DNA of 34,742 nt from an uncultured Bacilli bacterium (GCA_947631365.1 CANRLB010000001.1:1-34742); one strand, 5' to 3'; counted from the stretch's first letter, positions 10,350 through 18,315 are shown. Notes: generated by a model from the sequence alone, not told the origin. Numbers and translations: made by a program.

Positions 10350-10378
10350 TTGTTTAATCAAATTCTTTATTGTATAAT
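10350..10378 (+). promoter_or_regulatory. Sigma-A-type promoter for pilB (TTGTTT-17-TATAAT)
   Basis: -35 at 10350-10355 and -10 at 10373-10378, about 30 nt upstream of the GTG start. Confidence 0.45.
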
Positions 10379-10407
10379 TATGAGTGTAAGGTTGACGGTG
10401 ATACTTA

Positions 10408-11667
10408 GTGTTTAGAGAATTTGATTATGACAATAAACCTATTGTAGATATAGTTAATGAAATGATTATTGATGCCGTTAAGCATGGGGCATCTGATATT
10501 CATTTTGATCCAACTGAAACAGATTTATTAGTAAGAATCAGAATTGATGGTTCTCTTTTAGAATACGCTAAAGTACCTCAAACTGTTAAAAAGAATTTAA
10601 TAACTAGAATAAAAATTATTTCTGGCATGAATATAACGGAAGCAAGACTTCCTCAAGATGGGGCCATTAAAGGTAATTTAGGAGATTTAGATGTTGATTT
10701 AAGAGTTTCTAGTTTACCAATTATTGATGGCGAGAAAATAGTTATTCGTATATTAAACTATAAAATGAGTTTAAATGGTCTTGAAGCTTTAGGATTATCA
10801 AAAAACAATTTAGAAAAGATTCAAAAATTAATAAAAAAACCAAATGGAATTATATTAGTAACGGGAGCAACAGGATCTGGTAAATCAACTACCGTTTACT
10901 CTATGCTCCAAGTTTTAAATACTACTGATAGAAATATTATTACCGTTGAAGATCCAGTTGAAATGAAAATTGCGGGCATTAATCAAGTTCAAGTTATGAG
11001 TGAAATAGGTTTATCTTTTGGTAAAACATTAAGAAGTATATTAAGACAAGATCCTGATATAATTATGATTGGTGAAATTAGAGATGATGAGACAGCGAGA
11101 ATTGCTGTAAGGGCCGCAATAACGGGTCATTTAGTTTTATCAACTATTCATACTAATAATTCTTTAAATACAATTGAACGACTTTTAGATATGGATATAG
11201 AAAGATATTTACTCGGTAGTGCTTTATCCGGAATTATTTCTCAAAGACTTGTTAAAAAACTATGTCCTAAGTGTCGAAGTGGAAGAGCTACGAATATATA
11301 TGAAAAAAATCTCTTCAAAAAAGTTTTAGGATTAGAAGTTAATGAAATTTATACACCTGTTGGTTGTGATGAATGCATAAATGGTTATAAAGGAAGAGTG
11401 GCACTTCATGAAGTATTGGAAATTAATCAAAATATTAAAGATGCTATTGTAAATAATATAAGGAAAGAAGATTTAAGAAGACTTGTTTATGGTACTGATA
11501 CTACTACTCTTTTAAAAGATGGCCTTATTAAAGTAATTGAAGGTAAAACTTCAATGGATGAAATATTAAGAGTTATTGATGTTAATGATGATTTAGGTAA
11601 AGATGATGAAGAATTAAAAAATATGGTAATGGGTAAAACTAATCAAAATAAAATTGAAACATTATAA
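10408..11667 (+). CDS. pilB: Type IV pilus / competence-pseudopilus assembly ATPase (GspE/PilB/ComGA family), short form
   Basis: Walker A (GATGSGKST), Asp box, Walker B (DPDIIMIGEIRD), His box (GHLVLSTIHTN) and a tetracysteine motif (CPKC...CDEC). GTG start with a GGTGA SD. No GSPII_E N-terminal domain. Confidence 0.9.
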   Translation: MFREFDYDNKPIVDIVNEMIIDAVKHGASDIHFDPTETDLLVRIRIDGSLLEYAKVPQTVKKNLITRIKIISGMNITEARLPQDGAIKGNLGDLDVDLRVSSLPIIDGEKIVIRILNYKMSLNGLEALGLSKNNLEKIQKLIKKPNGIILVTGATGSGKSTTVYSMLQVLNTTDRNIITVEDPVEMKIAGINQVQVMSEIGLSFGKTLRSILRQDPDIIMIGEIRDDETARIAVRAAITGHLVLSTIHTNNSLNTIERLLDMDIERYLLGSALSGIISQRLVKKLCPKCRSGRATNIYEKNLFKKVLGLEVNEIYTPVGCDECINGYKGRVALHEVLEINQNIKDAIVNNIRKEDLRRLVYGTDTTTLLKDGLIKVIEGKTSMDEILRVIDVNDDLGKDDEELKNMVMGKTNQNKIETL

Positions 11668-11668
11668 A

Positions 11669-11698
11669 GGAGAACTTAATTGTTCTCCATATTTTTTT
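11669..11698. terminator. Hairpin between convergent pilB and spoIVB (intrinsic terminator for pilB)
   Basis: GGAGAAC-ttaatt-GTTCTCC at 11669-11688, followed by ATATTTTTTT on the plus strand. The spoIVB stop codon sits in the loop. Confidence 0.6.
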
Positions 11699-12659
11699 CG
11701 CCTTCTTCTAACATTTTAGTAATAAATAAACCGTAACCAGAGGTTGGATTATCAACAATAACATGAGTAACAACTCCAATAATCTTATTGTTTTGCATTA
11801 TAGGTGAACCGCTCATTCCTTGAATTACTCCTCCTGTTTTTTCAAGTAATTTTTGATCAATTATTTCAAAAGTTATATTTTTTGTATCAGCTTTATTATT
11901 AATTTTAGTAATTTTTATTTTAAATTCTTCTATTTTTTCATTTTCTAAGACCGTATATAAGGAAGCATCACCTAATATAATTTCTTCAGGATTTCCTACC
12001 TCTACTAATTTTAAATTATTTAATCCTTTATCATAAGTTCCAAATATACCATGATTCGTATTTTTATCAATTGAACCATAAACATCACTATAGTAATATT
12101 TAGCATTTTTACTTCCTGCTTCACCTACTTTTGAACGATCAATAGAAATTACTTCATTTCTAAATATTATGCCATCTTTAATTTCCACTAACTTTTTACT
12201 ATTGCTTTCAATTATTTCATGACCCAATGCCCCATAAATATTTGTACCAGGATCAATATAAGTAAGAGTACCAATACCTGTAATACTATCTTTTACATAT
12301 AAACCTGTTTTAAAAACTCCTTCTTCTTCAATTAAAGGAAGTTCTGTCTTATATATTTTATCATTTCTTTTATAAGTTATAGTTACTTCTTTAGCACTAG
12401 TATATTTTTCTATTTCATTAGTTAAATCATTTAATGAATTTACATCGACGTTATTAACTTTGGTTATATAATCCCCTATTTTCAAATTGGGATTTCCTTT
12501 ATTATATTTACCATCTATTTGATAAAAACCTACAACTAATATACCATCACAATCAAGTTCTATTCCTAAAGTATTACCTCCTAAATATATTTCTTTAGAG
12601 TAAGCAAATACTTCTAAAGGCATAAATAGTAAACATATTATTAATAAAAACTTTTTCAT
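11676..12659 (-). CDS. spoIVB: SpoIVB peptidase (S55 family)
   Basis: Signal peptide and PDZ-like segment. The catalytic motifs are GIGTLTYID...YGALGHEI and GMSGSPI. Confidence 0.9.
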   Translation of the reverse strand: MKKFLLIICLLFMPLEVFAYSKEIYLGGNTLGIELDCDGILVVGFYQIDGKYNKGNPNLKIGDYITKVNNVDVNSLNDLTNEIEKYTSAKEVTITYKRNDKIYKTELPLIEEEGVFKTGLYVKDSITGIGTLTYIDPGTNIYGALGHEIIESNSKKLVEIKDGIIFRNEVISIDRSKVGEAGSKNAKYYYSDVYGSIDKNTNHGIFGTYDKGLNNLKLVEVGNPEEIILGDASLYTVLENEKIEEFKIKITKINNKADTKNITFEIIDQKLLEKTGGVIQGMSGSPIMQNNKIIGVVTHVIVDNPTSGYGLFITKMLEEGEKNMENN

Positions 12660-12691
12660 AAAATCACCTTACAATTATATTTTGGACTAAA

Positions 12692-12738
12692 TTAAAAAAA
12701 TTAAAAAACCAATTAATGGTTAATGCCAATAATTGGTT
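12692..12738 (-). terminator. Intrinsic terminator after the sanA-like gene
   Basis: 9-bp stem AACCAATTA/TAATTGGTT (12707-12715 and 12730-12738) followed on the minus strand by a T-rich run. Confidence 0.45.
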
Positions 12739-13315
12739 AAAATAAATATTTTAAATAGTCTTTAAAACGAGCTAATATTTCTCTTATATCTCTTATAAAT
12801 TGCCCATGATAACGAACGCTTTTGGCAGATACCCCAATGACATCTATATCTTTTATGATTGCTATATATAAGGAACGATACATATGATATTTTTGAGTAA
12901 CGATTATTAAACTTTTATCTTTATAAAGATTAGCATAATTTTCAATACTATTACTCGTATTAAATCCTTTACTATCTTTTAAAATTATTTCACTTGGAAT
13001 ATTATTTTCAAGTAAATAATTAATCATAACTTCTACTTCATTATAGTTTTCATGTTCATCACCACTTACTAAAATATTTTTTATTAAGCCAGCATTATAT
13101 AATTCAATTGCTTTATTAAGTCGATCTTTAAGCATTAAACTAGGTTCATTATTTTTAATACCACAGCCTAAAACCATTGCTATATCATATTTTTTATCTA
13201 TATCTTCAATATTTATTATTTTATCTTTAGTTTTAAAAATAACTATACCATTTATTATAAATGGAATAAGTAATAATATTAAAAAGATAATTATTAAAAT
13301 TTTTATAGTTTTCAT
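12737..13315 (-). CDS. sanA: SanA/YdcF (DUF218) family envelope protein
   Basis: N-terminal TM. Blocks MVLGCG, VSGDEHENYNE, IVTQKYHMYRSLYIA and REILARF align with E. coli SanA. Confidence 0.8.
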   Translation of the reverse strand: MKTIKILIIIFLILLLIPFIINGIVIFKTKDKIINIEDIDKKYDIAMVLGCGIKNNEPSLMLKDRLNKAIELYNAGLIKNILVSGDEHENYNEVEVMINYLLENNIPSEIILKDSKGFNTSNSIENYANLYKDKSLIIVTQKYHMYRSLYIAIIKDIDVIGVSAKSVRYHGQFIRDIREILARFKDYLKYLF

Positions 13316-13381
13316 ATATAATCACTATTTAAAGTATAACATAACTTACCATTTAATAAATATTATTAAGAGGTTTTTTAA

Positions 13382-14170
13382 ATGATTTTACGTAATTTTT
13401 TATATGGTTTAATTATTGGTATTGGTTTTATTATTCCTGGCGTTTCAGGTGGAGTTTTAGCTACTATTCTAGGAATATATAATGAAATAATCGAAAGATT
13501 ACTTAATTTTAAAAAAGATATAAAAAATAATTTTTTATATATAACTCCTTTATTAATAGGTATATTAATAAGTATCTTTTTATTTAGTAAAATTATTTTA
13601 TATCTTTTAAATAATAAATTATTGTTTATATCATATGTTTTTATTGGTTTAATTTTAGGGTGTATTCCTTATCTAATTAAAGAAATTAAATTAAAAACTA
13701 AAAAAAATATTTCTATAACTTTCTTTTTAATTACTTTTATTTTAGGAATTATTTTATATTTATTTCAAGAAATGAGTAAAGAGATGGTAAGTACTCCCAA
13801 TATTATTAGAATGAGTCTAGCAGGTGTATTTTATGCTTTAGGAAAAATTGTCCCTGGTATAAGCGGGGCATCTTTATTAATGCTTTTAGGGGTTTATAAA
13901 TATTTTCTTAGTATTATTGCTAATCCTTTAAATATTAATTTAAAAATAATTATTATTTTTATTCCTTTTGTAATTACTTTTCTTATCAGTGCTTATTTTA
14001 TTTTAAAAGCTATAGATTATTTACTTAAAAATCATTTTCGTTATACTTATAGTGCCATTATTGGCTTTATTATTTCATCTATCTTATTTATATATCCTCA
14101 TGAAATTAATATACAAAGTATTATTATAGCTATATTAAGTTTTATTATTTCTTATTATTTAAGTAATTAA
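13382..14170 (+). CDS. DUF368 family membrane protein (putative undecaprenyl-phosphate translocase, PopT-like)
   Basis: Duplicated PGVSGG / PGISGAS motifs in a polytopic membrane protein of about 260 aa. Confidence 0.75.
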   Translation: MILRNFLYGLIIGIGFIIPGVSGGVLATILGIYNEIIERLLNFKKDIKNNFLYITPLLIGILISIFLFSKIILYLLNNKLLFISYVFIGLILGCIPYLIKEIKLKTKKNISITFFLITFILGIILYLFQEMSKEMVSTPNIIRMSLAGVFYALGKIVPGISGASLLMLLGVYKYFLSIIANPLNINLKIIIIFIPFVITFLISAYFILKAIDYLLKNHFRYTYSAIIGFIISSILFIYPHEINIQSIIIAILSFIISYYLSN

Positions 14171-16341
14171 CCTAATTTTCTACTTCTAGATATGAAATCT
14201 TTTGGATTAACATCAAAACTTAAAGTATCAGATATTTTACCTATTAAAACACTTGCATCATTAGATGTAGAATTCCTTCGTGGTTGATAATTTCTAAATT
14301 TTATATTTTCTTCAAAAATTGTATAGTATAAAGTATCTAAAATTGATTGATCATTTATATTATTATCACCTATATTTTTAAATGAATAATAAATTATTTT
14401 CTTATGTTCTTTTAATTTTTCTATTATCTCTGCCTCTTCACCTAATTCATTATATTTAATTTTAATTAGTAAATTAATAAGTGGAAAACATAAACCATTA
14501 TTATATAAACTATCATTATGAATTAATATAGATATAAATTTAAGAATATAAATATCATTCTTATCTAATAAGTATTTAGCAGTTTTTAAAGCATCTTCGG
14601 TTGTGGGAAAATTAGTGCAAGCTAAAATAGAATATATCCAAATAGCTATTGGTCTTTTTTCAATTTGAGTTATAAAATCATAAGCTTCATAATTTGTTTT
14701 TTCACTTATATATCTTTTACTTGTTAATAAATTGTATCCTAAATCTAAATTAAAATTACTACCAACCTTTAAAATATAATCTTTTCTTTCTTGGGCTTCT
14801 TTTCTCTCTTCTTTTTTAACATCAAGGATATTTGCAACTAAATATTTAAATTGTTGTTCATCTTCTTTTAATGATGTTACATTATGCATTATTTCATCAA
14901 CATAGCTTTCCTCTAAATTATTTTTACTTATTAAAAGATGAGTTAAAATTTCAAAATCAGGAGTAGTTTGTAATTTTTTAATATATTTTATGGCATTACC
15001 GGTTTTAACAACCGTAAGACAATTTAGAATATTCTCCATACATTCGATTAATTGATGATTAGTTTCTTCACTTATAATTTTAATTGCTTCAAGACAAGTA
15101 CCATGATCAACAATTTGATTTAACACTAAATATGAATTTAATATTCTTCCAATGGCTAGAGCCCCAGCAAAAGTTTTAGCGTTGCTAGCAATTATGGCTC
15201 CTTCTTTAGCAAGTCCCAATTTATCTAAAGTTTCATTCGTTAAAATTTCTTCAACAATACCTCTTCTATCTAAAAATTGAAGTTCATTAAATAATTTTGC
15301 ATATTCTAAAGATTTACCCTCACTTAATAAATATGGATTAGTAAGTATTTTATAAATATGCCCTTGAGCATAGCCTTTATAAGTAGCGCTTTCATCTAAA
15401 GGATGACTTATAATTAATCTTGCTCCCTCCATAGCAATATTTTTATCAATCAAATCTTTATTTATTAAAGCAAATGAAGCATTAGAACAGGCCTCTTTAT
15501 TCGTAGCTTCATCAAGCAATTTAGCCCCTTCTATTGCAATACCCGCATTTATAGCATTTTCATTATTTAATACCCTTATTTTAGCCATGCCAATATCATC
15601 TGATGCAGATTTTAAAATTAGTTTTGCTCCTTCTAAAGCAATACCCGCTAAAACAGCATTAGGTTTACCATTTAAAGGATCACAGTAAAATAATTGACTT
15701 GCTTCATTGGCCCTAATTTCATTATTAGCTTTTAGTATTATTTTTGCAGCGTTTAAAGCAATTTCAGCTTTGATTGCATATTCGCTTGTTAAAACAGAAT
15801 ACGCTCCCGAAACAGCATTACGATTTTTAGTATTAATTAATAGTTTAGCCCCTTCAAGTGCGATTCCGGCTTTAGCGGCTTCTTCACATTTTAAGACCTT
15901 AACTGGTTCACAAAGATCATATCTATTTAAATTAGGGACACTTAATAAAAGTTCAAGGGCATCTTTTACTAATCCATATTTTACTAATACATCGTCCTTA
16001 TTTATAAATTTCACCTTTGGTATGGCATTTTTTACATCACTACTATCTGGTCCATCATAAAATTTATAAAAAATATCATCAACAATGTCTTCAGCAAGTA
16101 TATTATCATGGTATTTTAGAAAAATATCTAAAATATTTTTAAGTTCATTTATACTAAATATATCCTCATTATAAAGGTGAAAAATAACTAGCGTTAAACT
16201 ATAATGCCAAAATCCATCCTTAATGCGAGAAACTCTAGTTAAAAATTCTTCATCTAAAGATAATACAACATCATAATGCCAATTACATTCTTTAATATTT
16301 TCTAACTTATTAAGTAAATTTATTAAATCTTTTTTCTCCAT
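14167..16341 (-). CDS. 724-aa uncharacterised cytoplasmic protein with a central array of 34-residue helical repeats
   Basis: AAGGAG SD and its own promoter. No TM or signal peptide and no catalytic motif recognised. The repeat core is [IL]A[LIM]EGA[KR]L[LI]. Confidence 0.85.
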   Translation of the reverse strand: MEKKDLINLLNKLENIKECNWHYDVVLSLDEEFLTRVSRIKDGFWHYSLTLVIFHLYNEDIFSINELKNILDIFLKYHDNILAEDIVDDIFYKFYDGPDSSDVKNAIPKVKFINKDDVLVKYGLVKDALELLLSVPNLNRYDLCEPVKVLKCEEAAKAGIALEGAKLLINTKNRNAVSGAYSVLTSEYAIKAEIALNAAKIILKANNEIRANEASQLFYCDPLNGKPNAVLAGIALEGAKLILKSASDDIGMAKIRVLNNENAINAGIAIEGAKLLDEATNKEACSNASFALINKDLIDKNIAMEGARLIISHPLDESATYKGYAQGHIYKILTNPYLLSEGKSLEYAKLFNELQFLDRRGIVEEILTNETLDKLGLAKEGAIIASNAKTFAGALAIGRILNSYLVLNQIVDHGTCLEAIKIISEETNHQLIECMENILNCLTVVKTGNAIKYIKKLQTTPDFEILTHLLISKNNLEESYVDEIMHNVTSLKEDEQQFKYLVANILDVKKEERKEAQERKDYILKVGSNFNLDLGYNLLTSKRYISEKTNYEAYDFITQIEKRPIAIWIYSILACTNFPTTEDALKTAKYLLDKNDIYILKFISILIHNDSLYNNGLCFPLINLLIKIKYNELGEEAEIIEKLKEHKKIIYYSFKNIGDNNINDQSILDTLYYTIFEENIKFRNYQPRRNSTSNDASVLIGKISDTLSFDVNPKDFISRSRKLG
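15067..15888 (-). repeat. In-frame array of about 8 repeats of about 34 codons within the 724-aa gene
   Basis: Core motifs begin at residues 160, 234, 268 and 302, with degenerate copies near 193, 344, 376 and 415. Identical DNA strings are tttagccccttc (15520-15531 and 15844-15855, offset 324) and gcaatacccgc (15536-15546 and 15638-15648, offset 102). Confidence 0.8.
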
Positions 16342-16365
16342 TACATACTCCTTAATTAATTATTT

Positions 16366-16393
16366 ATTATAAGCATATTAAATTTCTTGTAAA
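16366..16393 (-). promoter_or_regulatory. Sigma-A-type promoter for the 724-aa gene (TTTACA-16-TATAAT)
   Basis: -35 at 16388-16393 and -10 at 16366-16371 on the minus strand. Confidence 0.4.
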
Positions 16394-16473
16394 TAGCTTT
16401 ATTTAAAACTATTTGATAGTAATTTTTTTATCTTATGATTATATTTTTTCAAAAACTTTTGATATATTTTTAC

Positions 16474-16498
16474 ACAAAAAACAAGAATTAACTTGTTT
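16474..16498 (-). terminator. Intrinsic terminator after the paralog cassette
   Basis: AACAAG-ttaatt-CTTGTT stem-loop (16480-16497) followed by a TTTTT run (five T: 16479-16475). It overlaps the stop codon. Confidence 0.5.
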
Positions 16499-17210
16499 AT
16501 CTTTTAATGCTTTTTTCTTCACTAACAAAATTTATATATTCACCGCCACGGATACCTAATTCATCCCTAACTTGTTCAAAAGTTATTTGGTATGTATCCA
16601 TTAGTTCTTTTAAAGTATCTTCTTCATACTTTATTTGTTGTAAACCATTATAATAAGCTTTTATTAAATCAGGGATTGATGCATTAAATTCATAAGTTAC
16701 TTTTTGCCCAACCCTTAAAGTTTCTGGCGTAATTAATTGATTCATAAAGTTATTATTACGTAAAAATGAACATAACTTTTCAGCAAAAGCATTACAAATT
16801 TTGTCGTTATATCCTAAAAAAGCAATGTTTAATTTGCTATTTTTTATTTTATAAGCAAAACAATAGGTAACTTCTCTTATAACACTTCTTAGTTCTTCTA
16901 ATGATTCGACATTTTCATCTATTTTAAAATAATGAAAACTACCTCCTAATTCATAACCAATACTGATTGGTAATGTGGGTTTTTCGCCCATATATTCTAA
17001 TCGTAATTCTTTATGAAAGTTTTCTAATAAAATTCGAATATATCCTGGGTAAATTACTTTGATAAAATAATTAAATAAATAACAAGCTTCAATAGTGGAC
17101 TTAGCACTTTCATATTCTTCTTTAGCTTTATTGTAAAATTCAACTAGAGCTTCTTTTTCTTTTATTGCTTTTCTTTTTTCTTCTTCAAATACTTTCCATA
17201 AATCAATCAT
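16497..17210 (-). CDS. Uncharacterised protein, paralog A of the local family
   Basis: Start placed at the ATG at 17210 (GGAGA SD 7 nt upstream). This gives MIDLWKVFEEEKRK, which matches the N-terminus of paralog B. The ORF track starts at 17249. Shared blocks are EA.Y.FNYF and LIKAY.NG..QI..E.D.LK.LMDT. Confidence 0.8.
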   Translation of the reverse strand: MIDLWKVFEEEKRKAIKEKEALVEFYNKAKEEYESAKSTIEACYLFNYFIKVIYPGYIRILLENFHKELRLEYMGEKPTLPISIGYELGGSFHYFKIDENVESLEELRSVIREVTYCFAYKIKNSKLNIAFLGYNDKICNAFAEKLCSFLRNNNFMNQLITPETLRVGQKVTYEFNASIPDLIKAYYNGLQQIKYEEDTLKELMDTYQITFEQVRDELGIRGGEYINFVSEEKSIKR

Positions 17211-17256
17211 TTTGTTATCTCCATTTCTAACTATAATATCTTTATTCATTTAAAAT

Positions 17257-17430
17257 TTATTTTTTATGTGTTAATTTTATTTCTTCTTTTGCAGAATCTA
17301 TTAAATAATTATAATGATTCTTATAAATATCAAGACAACGTAAAATGTATCCTTCTTCAAGATTCCACATATCCGTTAAAGCCTTTAGAGTTTCTTTTTC
17401 TTCTTCTAAAACTTGTCATAAATTTATTAC
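17257..17430 (-). pseudogene. Internally deleted remnant of a third paralog (N-terminal codons fused to the C-terminal tail, start and Trp codons mutated)
   Basis: GAGGTATTTATAGTAATAAATTTATGACAAGTTTTAGAAGAAGAA aligns with the paralog B start region GAGGTATTTATAGTGGAAAATTTATGGCAATTTTTAGAAGATGAA. GTG has become GTA, and TGG (Trp) has become TGA. Downstream it reads QVLEEEKETLKALTDMWNLEEG..., compared with QIREEQDDLKALMDTWNIGEEN... in paralog B. Confidence 0.75.
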
Positions 17431-17440
17431 TATAAATACC

Positions 17441-18229
17441 TCATTTCTTTTTAGGAGTTAATTGCATTTCTTTTAATGAAGTAGCTATTAAATCATTGTA
17501 GGAATTAATATTAATGCCAAGCTCTTCTTCAATATTTTCTTCACCAATATTCCACGTATCCATTAAAGCTTTTAAATCATCTTGTTCTTCTCTTATTTGT
17601 TTTATCCCATTTTCATAAGCTTTAATTAAAGATTCAATATTAGTTTTAAATCTCAAAACTTTTAAATATGGAAATAAGTTAGTATTATTATCTGGTACTT
17701 TAATGTTTGTAATTTGATTTTTAATTAAAAACTGAAGGTTTATAATTTGGTTTTTAATTAAAAATCGATTCAATTTTTCTTTAAAAATCATATAAATTAA
17801 TCGGTCAGTAAACGTTAAATTTATCTCATTATTCTCAAAAAAATAAATCATTTTACTACTACAAAAGTTTTTAAAACTTATACCTCTTAAAATACATTCA
17901 ATATCATATTCAAATTCATTCTTCGGTGATAAAGTATGAGTAATTTTTCCATTAATGCTACTTTCATGCAATAAAGCATTATGATTATTTTCTATTAAAT
18001 TTTTAATAAATCTAGGAAAAGTATCGAGTAAGAAGTAATTAAAAATATAATTAGCTTCAACCACAGCAACAGCATTATTATATTCCTTTGTTATCTCATT
18101 ATATTGTTTTATGAATCTTTTTTCTTTTTCCTTTTTCTCTTTTTCTGCTCGAGCTTCTACTTGAGCTCTTAATTGTTCTTCATTAGCTTTACTTCTTTCA
18201 TCTTCTAAAAATTGCCATAAATTTTCCAC
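17441..18229 (-). CDS. Uncharacterised protein, paralog B of the local family
   Basis: GTG start with a GAGGT SD 7 nt upstream. N-terminal charged coiled-coil-like stretch. C-terminal LKALMDTWNIGEENIEEELGI block is shared with paralog A. Confidence 0.8.
   Translation of the reverse strand: MENLWQFLEDERSKANEEQLRAQVEARAEKEKKEKEKRFIKQYNEITKEYNNAVAVVEANYIFNYFLLDTFPRFIKNLIENNHNALLHESSINGKITHTLSPKNEFEYDIECILRGISFKNFCSSKMIYFFENNEINLTFTDRLIYMIFKEKLNRFLIKNQIINLQFLIKNQITNIKVPDNNTNLFPYLKVLRFKTNIESLIKAYENGIKQIREEQDDLKALMDTWNIGEENIEEELGININSYNDLIATSLKEMQLTPKKK
17710..17765 (-). repeat. 33-bp in-frame tandem duplication inside paralog B
   Basis: taatttgAtttttaattaaaaa (17710-17732) and taatttgGtttttaattaaaaa (17743-17765) encode FLIKNQIINLQ / FLIKNQITNIK. 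Confidence 0.8.
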
Positions 18230-18257
18230 TATAAATACCTCTTTTCTAATAAAATTT

Positions 18258-18286
18258 ATTATAATATATCTTTTTATTTATAGCAA
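18258..18286 (-). promoter_or_regulatory. Sigma-A-type promoter for the paralog cassette (TTGCTA-17-TATAAT)
   Basis: -35 at 18281-18286 and -10 at 18258-18263 on the minus strand. Confidence 0.45.
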
Positions 18287-18315
18287 TAAAAAATAATGGC
18301 TTTTAAACCATTATT
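18286..18315 (-). terminator. Intrinsic terminator after the M23 peptidase gene
   Basis: 8-bp stem AATAATGG/CCATTATT (18292-18299 and 18308-18315) followed by TTTTTATT on the minus strand. Confidence 0.6.

Noticed and set aside
17416-17418. A possible alternative genetic code (TGA = Trp). The remnant has TGA exactly where paralog B has TGG.
   Set aside because: Conserved Trp residues are encoded by TGG, for example TGGTGG for the WW of sigA region 2 at 4750-4755. TGA also serves as a genuine stop for pilC (1710-1712), lspA (21517-21519) and paralog B (17441-17443). All conserved proteins are full length under the standard code. The TGA is an inactivating mutation.
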